The notes below the pieces were generated by a model. That model was not told the origin of the DNA, did not search any database, and saw only the letters and a list, made by a program, of their open reading frames with translations. The position numbers were made by a program, and so were the translations under genes. From positions 320,001-384,000 of the forward strand of contig CAVVLJ010000016.1 of NCBI GenBank assembly GCA_963749075.1: DNA of 64,000 nt, given 5' to 3'. Below, piece by piece: positions 1-9,969 of this stretch; position 1 is the stretch's first letter; each line of letters begins with the position of its first letter. Source of the stretch: an uncultured Pseudomonadota bacterium. Lineage in GTDB: Bacteria; Pseudomonadota; Alphaproteobacteria; JACZXZ01.

Positions 1-1421
1 ACGACGCAGGCCTTGACCTCCTCGCCACGCGTCGGGTCCGGCACCGGCACCGCTGCCGCCTCGACGATCTCCGACATGCCGCGCAGGACTGCCTCGATCT
101 CGCGCGCCGAGATGTTCTCCCCGGCGCGGCGGATCATGTCCTTGATGCGGCCCACGATGTAGAAGTAGCCGCGCTCGTCCTGGCGAAAGAGATCGCCGGT
201 GCGGAACCAGTCGCCATGGAAGGCGGCGGCGGTCGCCTCCGGCTTGTTGTAGTAGCCCTTGAGCAGGCCCGGCCCGCGGACGACGAGCTCGCCCACCTCG
301 CCGGCCGCGACGCTCCTCCCCTCCGGATCGGCGACGCGCGCCTCGCGGAACGGCGAAGGAATGCCGCAGGAGCCGGAGCCCACCATGTCGGTCGCCTCGA
401 TCGGCATGAAGAGGCCGGAGCCGATCTCGGTCATGCCGAACGCTTCGCGAACGATGAAGTCGAAACGCTCCTCGAGCGCGCGGTGGTTCTCCTTGTGCAG
501 GCCGTAGACGTTGACCCGCACGATGTCGTTGTCACGGTCGTCGGGCGAGGGCGGCTGCTTGAAGACGACCTCCGGGAACAGGCAGAAATTGATGCGGTAT
601 TGCCGCAGCCAGCCCATGAACCGGCTTGCGCTCTGCCGCCGTGCCACGAAGAGCGTGGCCCGCCGATAGAAGCTCATCAGCATCATCCATTGCGGGTCCA
701 TGTAGAAGAACGGCGTCGCCGCCAGGATCCGGCGGTACGCGCGGCCGTCGCGTTCGGCGCTCACCTTGCCCATGGTCAGCCAGTAGCGCTGCGACAGCAT
801 GCAGCCCTTGGGGAAGCCGGTCGTGCCCGAGGTGTATTGGATGTTGAGGAGATCGTCGAGCGCGGCCGGAGCACCGCCCGTGAAGTCGCTGCGCTCGCCG
901 TCCAGGAGATCCTCGAAGGACACCATGTCCCGCCGAGCGCCGCCGACCACGATGACGTGCCGGTCCGTGAGCCCGGCGGGCCGCTCGGGCAGCTCGGCGA
1001 GCGTCACGAGGCAGGACTTGTCGATGACCAACCACTCGACGGCGCCGTCGCCGATCAAGTAGCTCATCTCGCGCGGCGTATAGGCGATGTTGATCGGCAC
1101 CATGACGGCGCCGAGCCGCGCGAGTGCCAGCCAGGTAACCGGCAGCGCGGAGAGGTTGGGCGTCATGACGCCGACATGGCTGCCCTTGCCGATGCCGCGC
1201 CGCGCCATGCCGTTGGCGAGGCGATTGACGCGCTCCCTGAGCTCGCGATAGCTGAGCCGCTCGCCTTCCTCGAAGAAATCGAGGGCGATCCGCTCCGGCG
1301 CCTCCGCCGCGGCCTCGTCGAGGAGCGCCGCCACGCCGGCCGGAAGCGGCCCGCTCTCGATCCGCCGCCGCCGCTCGGGCCAGGGCGGAACTACCGCGCC
1401 GAGAACTTCACGGCGCGACAT
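1..1421 (-). CDS. AMP-binding acyl-CoA ligase (CaiC-like), 3' end runs off the window
   Basis: Minus-strand reading gives MSRREVLG...NIQYTSGTTGFPKGCML...FGMTE...WFRTGDLFRQDERGYFYIVGRIKDMIRRAGENIS...VPDPTRGEEVKACV. Paralogous to 2479-4104. Not in the ORF track because it is open-ended. Confidence 0.9.
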   Translation of the reverse strand, partial: MSRREVLGAVVPPWPERRRRIESGPLPAGVAALLDEAAAEAPERIALDFFEEGERLSYRELRERVNRLANGMARRGIGKGSHVGVMTPNLSALPVTWLALARLGAVMVPINIAYTPREMSYLIGDGAVEWLVIDKSCLVTLAELPERPAGLTDRHVIVVGGARRDMVSFEDLLDGERSDFTGGAPAALDDLLNIQYTSGTTGFPKGCMLSQRYWLTMGKVSAERDGRAYRRILAATPFFYMDPQWMMLMSFYRRATLFVARRQSASRFMGWLRQYRINFCLFPEVVFKQPPSPDDRDNDIVRVNVYGLHKENHRALEERFDFIVREAFGMTEIGSGLFMPIEATDMVGSGSCGIPSPFREARVADPEGRSVAAGEVGELVVRGPGLLKGYYNKPEATAAAFHGDWFRTGDLFRQDERGYFYIVGRIKDMIRRAGENISAREIEAVLRGMSEIVEAAAVPVPDPTRGEEVKACV

Positions 1422-1534
1422 GGCGTGCACCGAACGCGGTAACGGCCCGCAGCTCCGCCCGGCTAGCAGCCGAAACGAAAGTTTCCATGGCCGCCTCCCG
1501 CACCTGCCCGCCTCATCGGGCTCGCGCTTCTACC

Positions 1535-1582
1535 ATGATAGAACAAATCGTCTCTCTGTCAATATGACGGAACATTTGTTCC
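1535..1582 (-). promoter_or_regulatory. Sigma70-like promoter with upstream palindromic operator (candidate RpiR site)
   Basis: Minus strand TTGACA (1562-1557), 16-nt spacer, TATCAT (1540-1535). Near-perfect palindrome GGAACATTTGTTCC at 1569-1582, directly downstream of the RpiR gene. Confidence 0.55.
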
Positions 1583-1603
1583 TTCGCGCCGGCGTGCCTT
1601 CCG

Positions 1604-2482
1604 TCAATCCCGGTCTGTCCAGTAGACGCCGAAGTTCTCGCGGCGGCGGAATTCCTCCTTGACGCGCCCGACGATGCGCGGTCCCCCGCGTGCGACGAGA
1701 TAGCAGACGAGGCTCTCGAGCAGGGACATGGTCGGCACCAGGGACTGGTAGAAGGAGGTGCCGGCGGTCGGCAGCACGAACACCCGCGCGGCGTTGAGCG
1801 CGATCGGCGACAGCGTGTTGTCGGTCAGGGCGATGACCGCCGCACCGCGCTCGGCCGCGTGCTGCACGGCTTTGACCGCGTCGACGGCATAGGGCTCGTA
1901 GCTGAAGGCGAGCAGCGCGTCCTTGGCCCCGATCTCGCCGAGCTCGTCGATCAGCATGCCCATGCGGTCTTCGAGGAGGAAGACGTTGGCCATGAAGGTG
2001 CGCAGCAGATAATAGAGGTAGAACGAGAGGCTGTAGTTGCAGCGCAGCCCGAGAATATAGACCCGGCGCGCCTTCTTCATGATCTGGCCGGCGGCGGCGA
2101 TGTCGGCGGCGCCGATTGAGGAGAAGGCCTCGGCGATGTTCTTCTCGATGAGGGCGCCGGTATCGCGGTAGAGCACCTCGAAGTCGGCCCGCGCGCGAAA
2201 ATGCAGCAGCCGCCGGGCCTTGACGGCATAGCGGTCGGCGCCCGAGCGCAGGCCCTCGCGATATGCCTCGCGAAACGCGTTATAAGAGGCGAAGCCGAGC
2301 TGCGCCGCGAGCCGGACGAGCGTGGTCTGCCCCACTCCGGCGCGCGCCGCAATCTGGCGCAGCGAGTAGAGAGCCACCTCCGTCGGCGCCTTCACGATGT
2401 AGCGCGCCGCTTTGCGCATCTGCGGCGGCAGGTTGCGGTATTCGCCCTCGAGCCGGCGCGTGACGGCGGCGATGTTGCTCAT
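1604..2482 (-). CDS. MurR/RpiR-family transcriptional regulator (HTH + SIS domain)
   Basis: SLRQIAARAGVGQTTLVRLAAQLGFASY HTH; ARRVYILG and VIALTDNTLSPIA SIS motifs; ATGA overlap with the upstream ligase stop. Confidence 0.9.
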   Translation of the reverse strand: MSNIAAVTRRLEGEYRNLPPQMRKAARYIVKAPTEVALYSLRQIAARAGVGQTTLVRLAAQLGFASYNAFREAYREGLRSGADRYAVKARRLLHFRARADFEVLYRDTGALIEKNIAEAFSSIGAADIAAAGQIMKKARRVYILGLRCNYSLSFYLYYLLRTFMANVFLLEDRMGMLIDELGEIGAKDALLAFSYEPYAVDAVKAVQHAAERGAAVIALTDNTLSPIALNAARVFVLPTAGTSFYQSLVPTMSLLESLVCYLVARGGPRIVGRVKEEFRRRENFGVYWTDRD

Positions 2483-4104
2483 CGGCGCCAGACCGCATCG
2501 ACGCGGTCGTAAGTGCCGTGTGGCAATTCCCGACCCGCCTCCGTCAGCAGGTGCCTCGCGATCTTGTTCGAGGAAGTGCGCGGAAAGGCCTCGATGTAGG
2601 CGTAATAGCGCGGCACCTTGAATGGCGCCAGAAGGCGGCGGCAATGCTGCTCCACCCGATCGATGGAGCAATCCGCCGGTGCGAAGCCCGACTTCAGCTG
2701 CATGTAGAGCATGACCTCCTCACCACGCCGCGGGTCCGGAACCGGGACGGCCGCGGCGTCCTCGATCTCGCTCAAAAGGAGCGCCACGGCCTCGACCTCG
2801 CGGGCCGAGATGTTTTCGCCGCTGCGGCGGATCATCTCCTTGATGCGGCCGACGATGTAGTAGTAGCCCCGCTCGTCGCGCCGAAACAGATCGCCCGTGC
2901 GGAACCATTCGCCGCGGAAAGACGAGCGGTTCGCCTCGGGCTTGTTCCAGTAGCCTTTGAAGATTGCGCGGCCGGCGATCTCGAGCTCGCCGGTTTCGCC
3001 GGACCCGAGTTCCCGTCCCTCGCCGTCGCAAATGCGCGCGTGCCGCCACGGCCCCGGCAGGCCGCAGGAGCCCTTGCCGACCATATCGAAGGCGTCGAAC
3101 GGCATCGCGGTGCCGGTGCCGATCTCTGTCATGCCGAAGATGTCGCGCCCGACGGCCTTGAAGCGCTGCTCGAACTCGTGCTCGGCCTCAGGCCGCCAGC
3201 CCGAGAGGAAGGCCTGCTTGAGGCGCGTCCGGGCATCGTCGGGCGCCTCGGGCTGCTTCAACGCGAGCTGCGGGAACTGGCACCACTCGATGCCGAACTC
3301 CTTGAGCCAGCCGACGTAGCGGCCAAGCGACGGCCGCCGCGCGCAATAGACCGCAGCACCGGACCATAGCGCCTTGAGGAAATGCCATTGCGGATCCATG
3401 TAGAACCACGGCTGCGCCGAGAGGAGGCGTGCCGCCAGCTCGCGGTCGACGGTAGAGGCCGAGCGCGCGACCACCAGCCAGTAGTCCTGGCTCAGCATGC
3501 AGCCCTTCGGAAAGCCGGTAGTCCCCGAGGTATATTGGATATTGAGGAGATCGTCGGCGCCGACCGGCTCGCTCGGCGCATGCGTCGCGGCACCGGCCGC
3601 GGCAAGATCGCTCCAGTGCCGCGCGGGCGCCGGCAGCGCCGCGCCGACCACGATCACACGGTCGTCGCCGAGGGCGGCAGGTCGATCGGCGCAGGCGGCG
3701 AGCGTCGGCAGGCACTCTTCCTCCAGGACGAGCGCCGAGGCGCCGGAGTCGATGAGGACGTAGGCAAGCTCGCGTGCCGTGTAGCTCGGGTTGATCGGCA
3801 CCATGACGGCGCCGATGCGGGCGAGCGCTATCCAGGTGATCGGGAATTCGGCGCGATTGCCGAGCATGACGCCGACCCGCGCGCCTTTCCCGATACCGAG
3901 CGCGGCCAACCCGTTGGCGAGGCGGCAGGAAAGCTCCTGCAGCTCGGCGTAGCTCACCGTGCGCCCGTCCTCGAAGAACACCAGGACCGGCCGCTCGGCA
4001 AACCGCGCGGCGGCCGCGTCGACGAATGCGGGGACCGACGCGGGCAGCGCGCAGCCCTCGACCAGGCGCATTCTCGCCTGCCAGCACTCGACGACTGCGT
4101 CCAT
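2479..4104 (-). CDS. AMP-binding acyl-CoA ligase (CaiC-like)
   Basis: YTSGTTGFPKG, FGMTE, WFRTGD, GRIKEMIRRSGENIS and PRTSSNKI motifs; start MDAVVEC chosen from an upstream GAGG. Confidence 0.9.
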   Translation of the reverse strand: MDAVVECWQARMRLVEGCALPASVPAFVDAAAARFAERPVLVFFEDGRTVSYAELQELSCRLANGLAALGIGKGARVGVMLGNRAEFPITWIALARIGAVMVPINPSYTARELAYVLIDSGASALVLEEECLPTLAACADRPAALGDDRVIVVGAALPAPARHWSDLAAAGAATHAPSEPVGADDLLNIQYTSGTTGFPKGCMLSQDYWLVVARSASTVDRELAARLLSAQPWFYMDPQWHFLKALWSGAAVYCARRPSLGRYVGWLKEFGIEWCQFPQLALKQPEAPDDARTRLKQAFLSGWRPEAEHEFEQRFKAVGRDIFGMTEIGTGTAMPFDAFDMVGKGSCGLPGPWRHARICDGEGRELGSGETGELEIAGRAIFKGYWNKPEANRSSFRGEWFRTGDLFRRDERGYYYIVGRIKEMIRRSGENISAREVEAVALLLSEIEDAAAVPVPDPRRGEEVMLYMQLKSGFAPADCSIDRVEQHCRRLLAPFKVPRYYAYIEAFPRTSSNKIARHLLTEAGRELPHGTYDRVDAVWRR

Positions 4105-4192
4105 CTTACCCGGATCCTCGAATTTATCGCCGCGCGGCCAAGCATAAGCGCGCGTGTCGCTCGGGTACAAGGGACGCGCCCATCCGGCGAAA

Positions 4193-5506
4193 TCAGAGCG
4201 CGGCCATCGCCCTGTCCACCCCGTCGCGCAGGCGGTACCAGCCGGCGACGAGCGGCACGAACCATGGCGTGCCGTTGTAAAAGGGCGGCGCGGGGAATGC
4301 ATCGCTATCGAAGGCGCAGCGCCGGTTCTGCTTGCCGAGCAGTTTCCGCGCGGTCTGGTAGCCGAGGTAGCTCATCATCGCGACGCCGCTGCCGTTGCAG
4401 CCGACCGCATAGTGAATGCCGTCGTGCAACCCCATGTGCGGCAGGTGATCGGCCGTCATGCCGACGAACCCGGCCCAGCAGAAGCCGATGCGCACCGGCC
4501 GCAGCTCCGGCCAGACCCCGCAGAGCTTGCCATGCAGACGCCGCGCCGCGGTGCGCGCATCGGCCTCGAAGATGCCCGGACGCGCGCCGAAGATCATCCG
4601 CGTGCCGTCGGGCGACAGGCGGATCCAGTAGAGCTCGCGCTGCGTATCGGACAGCATGCGCCGGCGAGGGATCAGCGCCTCGGCCATGCCAGGCGGCAGC
4701 GGTTCCGTCGCGACGACGTAGGCGTTGACCGGAACCACGCGCCGCCACAGATATGGCATGGCGCGGTCAGCATAGCCGTTGGTCGCCACCACCACGTCGC
4801 GCGCGCGGATGGGGCCGCGTGCGGTCTCGAGCAGGAAGCGGGCGCCGTCGCGCGCGATGGCGAGCACGCGGGCATGGGAGGCGAGGTGCGCTCCCCTGCG
4901 GCGCGCCGCCTCGCGCAGGGCCCGGTGATATTTCGCCGGATGCAGGCCACCGTAGTCCTCGATCAGCATCCCGCCGTGATAGCGGCGCCCGCCAACCTCA
5001 CGAGCCAGCTCGGAGCGGGAGAGCATTGACGCCGTCGAGCCGGCATGCTCGCGCAGCAGTTCCGCCCACTGCGCGAGTTGCGCAACATGCCGTGGAACAT
5101 GGGCGAGGATGACGCGACCGTAACGCACGTAGTTGGCATCCAGTTTGTACCTGTCGACGCGATCCCGCATCATGCGCAGCGACTCGCCGGCATCCTCTAG
5201 GATTCGCTCTCGCCGGCCGGCGTCCATGCCGCGAACCGCACCGGAAACGACGAATTTCTGCCCGCCGGTGACCATCGCCCCGCTGCGCGTGCTGGCACCC
5301 GTGCCAAGCGGCCCCGCATCGAGGACGACGCATGTCACCCCGCAATCCGCCAATTCCAGCGCACTGCATAGGCCGGCGTAGCCGGATCCGACGATGGCTA
5401 CGTCCACTTCGTCCGGCAAAGGCTGCGACGAAGTATCCTCGGGCGGCGCCGCCTCCCACCAGTAAGGCGTATCCTTGAAATCCTGGCTAAGTACATCGTC
5501 ACGCAT
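4193..5506 (-). CDS. FAD-dependent oxidoreductase (DAO/PuuB-like family)
   Basis: DVAIVGSGYAGL Rossmann motif; GASTRSGAM, LHPAKY, VVVATNGY and GCNGSGVAM motifs. Confidence 0.88.
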   Translation of the reverse strand: MRDDVLSQDFKDTPYWWEAAPPEDTSSQPLPDEVDVAIVGSGYAGLCSALELADCGVTCVVLDAGPLGTGASTRSGAMVTGGQKFVVSGAVRGMDAGRRERILEDAGESLRMMRDRVDRYKLDANYVRYGRVILAHVPRHVAQLAQWAELLREHAGSTASMLSRSELAREVGGRRYHGGMLIEDYGGLHPAKYHRALREAARRRGAHLASHARVLAIARDGARFLLETARGPIRARDVVVATNGYADRAMPYLWRRVVPVNAYVVATEPLPPGMAEALIPRRRMLSDTQRELYWIRLSPDGTRMIFGARPGIFEADARTAARRLHGKLCGVWPELRPVRIGFCWAGFVGMTADHLPHMGLHDGIHYAVGCNGSGVAMMSYLGYQTARKLLGKQNRRCAFDSDAFPAPPFYNGTPWFVPLVAGWYRLRDGVDRAMAAL

Positions 5507-5945
5507 GTCAGAGCCGCGCATTGCTCGAGCGTTCCTAACTGCCAAAGCTATAGTCCCGCGTCTCTGCAGGCAACTGCGGCTTCGCACCTTGCCGCTGGCC
5601 ACCCCGACCTTCGCTGCGACATGTAATAACGCTTCGGGCGGGCGGCGGACGCGTCTGCTGCGACGACCACCGAGAGGTTGGCCGCCCTCGCGGGGGCCCA
5701 GATCTGAATTTCGTCGCGCTGGTTGCGCCGGCATCCGAGGAGCGCGATGGAATCCATCATCGGTCCATCTTTTTCGATTGTGCTGACGAGAGGTGCCGAA
5801 TGTAACCGCTTGCCGGCGTCACGGTTGGCTGCCTCAACATTCCGTCAGCCATCGTACCACAGCCCAATGCGACTCGGTGCGAAACCGGCGATCCATCCTA
5901 TCTCGCGCGATGGTTGAGGGTGGGCCAGTGCTTCACGCGCGGTCC

Positions 5946-6170
5946 TTATTGATCGTTGTGCGCCGCCGCCGTGAGAATGAGATCGGTCAGCGATTTGCGC
6001 ACAGCTGGATCCGGGATGCGAGCGAAGGCACGTACGAACTCCAATGTCTCGCGCTTGTATAGAGGATCCTTTTCTTGGCGGGCTCCCCGGCGCGTGCCGC
6101 GTGGCTTGGGTGCCGCGCCCTCAAAGAAGAAGGACACCGGTACCTTCAGGACACTCGCAAACAGATAAGG
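5946..6170 (-). pseudogene. C-terminal remnant of an XRE-family HTH regulator
   Basis: ASVLKVPVSFFFEG...RETLEFVRAFARIPDPAVRKSL resembles the C-terminal half of alphaproteobacterial XRE proteins; no HTH N-terminus is present. Confidence 0.6.
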
Positions 6171-6210
6171 ACTCGCGGAAACTTCCGTGCTGCGCGAAAT
6201 GAGATCGCTC

Positions 6211-6513
6211 TTAGGTCGACCGCCACTTCTTGAGGCCTTCGCCGAGAATCCGGCCGAGTCGGAATGCAATCTTTGATGTGCCACTGCTTGAAGGCGGAGG
6301 AGATGTTGCTTTCTTTATCTCTTGCACCTTCCGGCCCAACCGAAACACGACATCGGTCCAATCTCCCTCGGGAATGCCCTCATCTATGAGTTTCTTTTCC
6401 AAGCGTGTCTTAAGCGCTTTCGCATTTGCTCGCTCATGCTCGGTTGCGGCTGCGTCTTTGAGTACAGCACCAAGGCTCGCCAGTTTCCGACGAATAGCCT
6501 CGACAGGCTTCAT
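6211..6513 (-). CDS. Hypothetical protein, N-terminus DUF2786-like
   Basis: 100-aa ORF, visibly more AT-rich; IRRKLASL...ATEHERANAKALKTRL helical hairpin pattern. Confidence 0.55.
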   Translation of the reverse strand: MKPVEAIRRKLASLGAVLKDAAATEHERANAKALKTRLEKKLIDEGIPEGDWTDVVFRLGRKVQEIKKATSPPPSSSGTSKIAFRLGRILGEGLKKWRST

Positions 6514-6758
6514 GGCGTTTTCCAACCGTGAAAGAGAGACTGTAACATAAACGTCTGCCGTGTCCATGGCCGATGGTCAGCACGCTCCGCCTACCCAGGC
6601 TGGCGTCGGCGTTAGATTGGCACGAAAACCGAACGCCGGTTTCGATGATTGCGAGCCCCAGGATTTGGACCTCCGGTCGCCGTCCCAACCCAGTACGAAA
6701 TCGGCCTTTTGCACTGAGTTGCCCTTTTCGGCCTCTCACCGATTGGTAAAGCCGGTTA

Positions 6759-7611
6759 GGACGAATCGACATTTAGCGCATCCAGATCATGGCGCTGGCG
6801 AGGTAGAGCGCGCCGAGGAAGTGAACCGCGCGTCGGTCATAGCGGGTTGCGATGTGGCGAAAGTGTTTGAGCTTGTTGAAGAAGCGCTCGATGCGGTTGC
6901 GCAGCTTGTAGGCGACGACGTCATGCGGGATGAGGATTTTGCGGGAGCTGAGCGAAGGGATGACGGCGGCCGCGCCGGACTGTGCGATGAGCTCACGCAA
7001 AGCGTTGTTGTCGTAGGCCTTGTCGGCGATGATGCCGGCTGGGGCGAAGCCGGCGAGCAGTTCGGCAGCGGTGGTGCTGTCATGCGCCTCGCCACCTGTC
7101 AGGACGAAGCGCAACGGCCGACCGAGGGCGTCGGTGAGGGCGTGGATTTTGGTCGTCAGTCCTCCTCGGGAACGCCCCAGAGCCTGATTTTTGGCCCCCC
7201 TTTTCCGCTCGCCGCTTGCTGGTGCACCCGGACAAGCGTGGTGTCGAGCATGAGATACTGGTTGTCGGGGTCGCCCGTGAGCGAGGCGAAGACCTTCTCC
7301 CACACCCCGGCCTTGGCCCAACGTGTGAAGCGCTTGTGCACGGTCTTCCATTTGCCGTACCGCTCCGGAATGTCCTGCCACCGCGCGCCGGAGCGCAGCA
7401 TCCAGAGAACGCCGTTCAAAAACAAACGGTTATCCAAACCCGTCCGGCCCGGATCGCCGGGCTTGCCCGGCAGCAAATCAGCAATCCGCGACCACTGCGC
7501 CTCCGACAACTCGTATCGCTTCATCATGGCTGGACCTCCAGATCGTCGAATCCAGAGCTCCATGAGAATCACACATTCAGGAACAAGGGAATCCTGAATG
7601 TCGATTGTACC
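6759..7611 (-). mobile_element. IS5-family insertion sequence (IS427-like group), 853 bp
   Basis: Imperfect terminal inverted repeats GGACGAATCGACATTTA / TGAATGTCGATTGTACC; flanking TA at 6757-6758 and 7612-7613; two-ORF transposase inside. Confidence 0.9.
6773..7527 (-). CDS. IS5-family transposase, orfA (7156-7527) plus orfB joined by a frameshift near 7190-7205
   Basis: orfA MMKRYELSEAQWSRIADLLP...LRSGARWQDIPERYGKWKTVHKRF; orfB ALGRSRGGLTTKIH...ADKAYD...RNRIERFFNKLKHFRHIATRYD; slippery tract GGAAAAGGGGGGCCAAAAA. Confidence 0.9.
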
Positions 7612-8077
7612 TAGGCCGCATCATGACGATCAGATCGAAGGGAAACTCAAAGATCAAGAACGCGGCGGCCGTGCCGATGACGGCACTGGCCAGCGCGATC
7701 TTCCAGCCCCAACGCCGCGTGAGGTAGAGAATCACGAAGAAGGCCACCAGTGCGTCGACGAACGTAAACTTACCGACGATCACTCGGGGCGCGACGAAGC
7801 TCGGATAGGCCTGCTTCAGTTTCAGTCCATAGACGAGCGTGGCGACAATGACGGTGTAGAGCGCCAGCAGCCAGATCGCGATCATGAATGTGGCGGCTGT
7901 GCCTCCTGGCCGCGTGACCCTGAGCGGAGCACGCAGCCGTTTGCCGGCATGGGCAAATCCGCCGGCCACCACGAGCAGCACGATCGCCAGGAGGATCGCC
8001 TCGCCGCCGCCATAGGAAACCCAGGAGGCGGGCGCGTACGGCGGCGGCGCGGCTCCTTGGGCCTGCGCAAGCCACAT
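7612..8077 (-). pseudogene. Multi-pass membrane protein truncated by the IS5 element
   Basis: MWLAQAQ... with several hydrophobic segments; the frame runs directly into the IS terminal repeat after FEFPFDLIVMMRP. Confidence 0.6.
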
Positions 8078-8131
8078 AAGCGCGCCGGCGCGCGCTAATC
8101 CTTCAGAACGTCCCTGGCCCCATCGATCGAG

Positions 8132-8242
8132 ATACCTCACGCAGAGCTGCGCATCTTCGAGGAGAGCAGCGATTCGATCCGCGCCGACGAGCCGCAAGCG
8201 CTGATCGACGCGATCAAAGGGCTTGTCGGCTACAAGGGCTAA
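8132..8242 (+). pseudogene. C-terminal remnant of an alpha/beta hydrolase
   Basis: IPHAELRIFEESSDSIRADEPQALIDAIKGLVGYKG* resembles a hydrolase C-terminus; the position expected to be His reads D; no start. Confidence 0.5.
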
Positions 8243-8250
8243 TTCTCGGC

Positions 8251-8880
8251 TTATCCCACCTGCGCATCGCTTGTGAAGGGCTCGACCGGGTAGCCGGGGC
8301 CGATCGCGGCGGCGACGTGATCCAGCCAAGCCACGACCCTCGGGTAGGGGCCAAAGGCGAAGCCACAATCCTCGGCGCGGTGGGTGTAGGCGTAGACCGC
8401 GATGTCGGCGATGGTCATGGCGTCGCCGACAAGGAACGACCCTCCGGTCAAGCTGCGCTCCAGGGCGGAGAGGGCACGCGCTCCGGTCTCGCGCCGGCTC
8501 TCGACCATGCGCCCGGCATTGAGCTCCAGCCGTCCGGTCAGCGTCCAGAAGCGCAGCGAGCCGATCGCCGGCTCGACATAGTACTGCTCGAAGAACAACC
8601 ACTGCATGACCTTGGCGCGGCGATAGCGCTCGTCCGGCAGAAAGCGCGTCCCTTCGCCGAGGTAGGTCAGGATCGCGTTCAATTCGGCGATGGTCCGCCC
8701 GTCTTGTAGCTCGAGGACAGGAATGGCGCCGACCGGATTGAGCCTGAGGAACGGCTCGCTCCGGCTTTCGCCCGCGAAGAGCGCGACGTCCTTGCGTCGG
8801 TAGGAAATTCCGAGCAGCCCGAGCAGCACCCGGACCTTCCAGCCGTTCTGCGACGACGGGTAATCGTGGAGTGTCAGCAT
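8251..8880 (-). CDS. Glutathione S-transferase family protein
   Basis: SQNGWKVR, LNPVGAIPVL, NAILTYL and TIADIAVYAY motifs. Confidence 0.92.
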   Translation of the reverse strand: MLTLHDYPSSQNGWKVRVLLGLLGISYRRKDVALFAGESRSEPFLRLNPVGAIPVLELQDGRTIAELNAILTYLGEGTRFLPDERYRRAKVMQWLFFEQYYVEPAIGSLRFWTLTGRLELNAGRMVESRRETGARALSALERSLTGGSFLVGDAMTIADIAVYAYTHRAEDCGFAFGPYPRVVAWLDHVAAAIGPGYPVEPFTSDAQVG

Positions 8881-8919
8881 GATGATTTTTCCTCGAAAAA
8901 GTGGACGGTTGCGAGGATT

Positions 8920-9783
8920 TCAACGCCAACCCACGCGCTGGAAGAAGGCCGCGATCTCGGCTGCGGCGCGATCGGGATTTTCGCGATGGGGAAAGTGCCC
9001 GACGCCCGGAAAGAGCGCGAGGTCGAGATCGCTAAAACTCGCGCCAAGCCGGTCGGTCCAGTCGTACGGAAACAGCGGATCGTGCTCGGGCCACCGCAAG
9101 CAAGTTGGCACCGTGATCGCGGGGAGGAGAGGGGCCTCGCCCTTCATCATGCGGATCCGGGCGGCATGGGCGGCGCGATAATAGGCAAAGCCGCCGGCGA
9201 GATTGCCGGGCTTCAGGAAATTGTCGGTGAAGGCCTCGATCACATCGTCGAACGCCTCCTTGCGGTGCGACCAATGGCGTAGGAAGTGCGCGATGAATGT
9301 GCGGCAGCTGTCGCGCGTTGCGCCGACCAGGCGCGGCGCCATCTCCATCTGGTTGAAGGACTGGTACCAGATCTCGTTGAGCCGGTCGGGCGCCGCCATC
9401 CGGGGGCCGATGCCGGGATAGACGAAGTCGAAGAAAAACAGCCCGGCGAGCCGCTCCGGCGCCGTCCGCGCCAGCGGCTGCATCGCCGCGCCGCCGACGT
9501 CGTGGCCAATGACGCCGACCCGCGCAACGCCGAGCGCGTCGAGCAGCGCCAGCATGTCGGCGGCATGGTCCGCGGGGCCGAACGGACCCGCGGGCTTGGC
9601 GCTGTCCCCGAAGCCGCGCAGGTCCGGGGCGATCAGCGTGTAGCGATCGGCGAGCCGCTTCATGACCGGCTCCCAGGCGAGCCAGAACTCCGGCCAGCCG
9701 TGCAGTAGCAGCAACGGCTGCCCCGCGCCGGTCCGCGCGACATGGAAGCTCGCGCCGTTCGCCTCAACCGTCAGATGTTCCAT
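8920..9783 (-). CDS. Alpha/beta hydrolase (epoxide hydrolase/dehalogenase-like)
   Basis: LLHGWPE, APDLRGFGDS, GHDVGG nucleophile elbow and GHFPHRE. Confidence 0.9.
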   Translation of the reverse strand: MEHLTVEANGASFHVARTGAGQPLLLLHGWPEFWLAWEPVMKRLADRYTLIAPDLRGFGDSAKPAGPFGPADHAADMLALLDALGVARVGVIGHDVGGAAMQPLARTAPERLAGLFFFDFVYPGIGPRMAAPDRLNEIWYQSFNQMEMAPRLVGATRDSCRTFIAHFLRHWSHRKEAFDDVIEAFTDNFLKPGNLAGGFAYYRAAHAARIRMMKGEAPLLPAITVPTCLRWPEHDPLFPYDWTDRLGASFSDLDLALFPGVGHFPHRENPDRAAAEIAAFFQRVGWR

Positions 9784-9807
9784 GGGGTTCGATCCCATTT
9801 GATGTCT

Positions 9808-9880
9808 CCAGCAATCTTGATCAGCTTCTCCCTGAGCGTCGTCATCGACCAGTCCTTGAGCGGCTCGGACGTCGCCAGCC
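9808..9880 (-). pseudogene. IS1380-family transposase C-terminal remnant
   Basis: Reads LATSEPLKDWSMTTLREKLIKIAG, resembling the WSLTSLREKLIKIG-type segment of IS1380 transposases. Confidence 0.6.
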
Positions 9881-9969
9881 CGTCGTACACTTTATCGGCA
9901 TCGGAGAGCGTTTCGATCGATCCCGGCGCGCGCTGAACTCGACTTCCACGCCTGTCCACCACAGCCAGA

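Noticed and set aside
7577-8929. 450-aa ORF as a single gene
   Set aside because: It is a chimera of an off-frame reading of the GST gene and the truncated membrane-protein gene.
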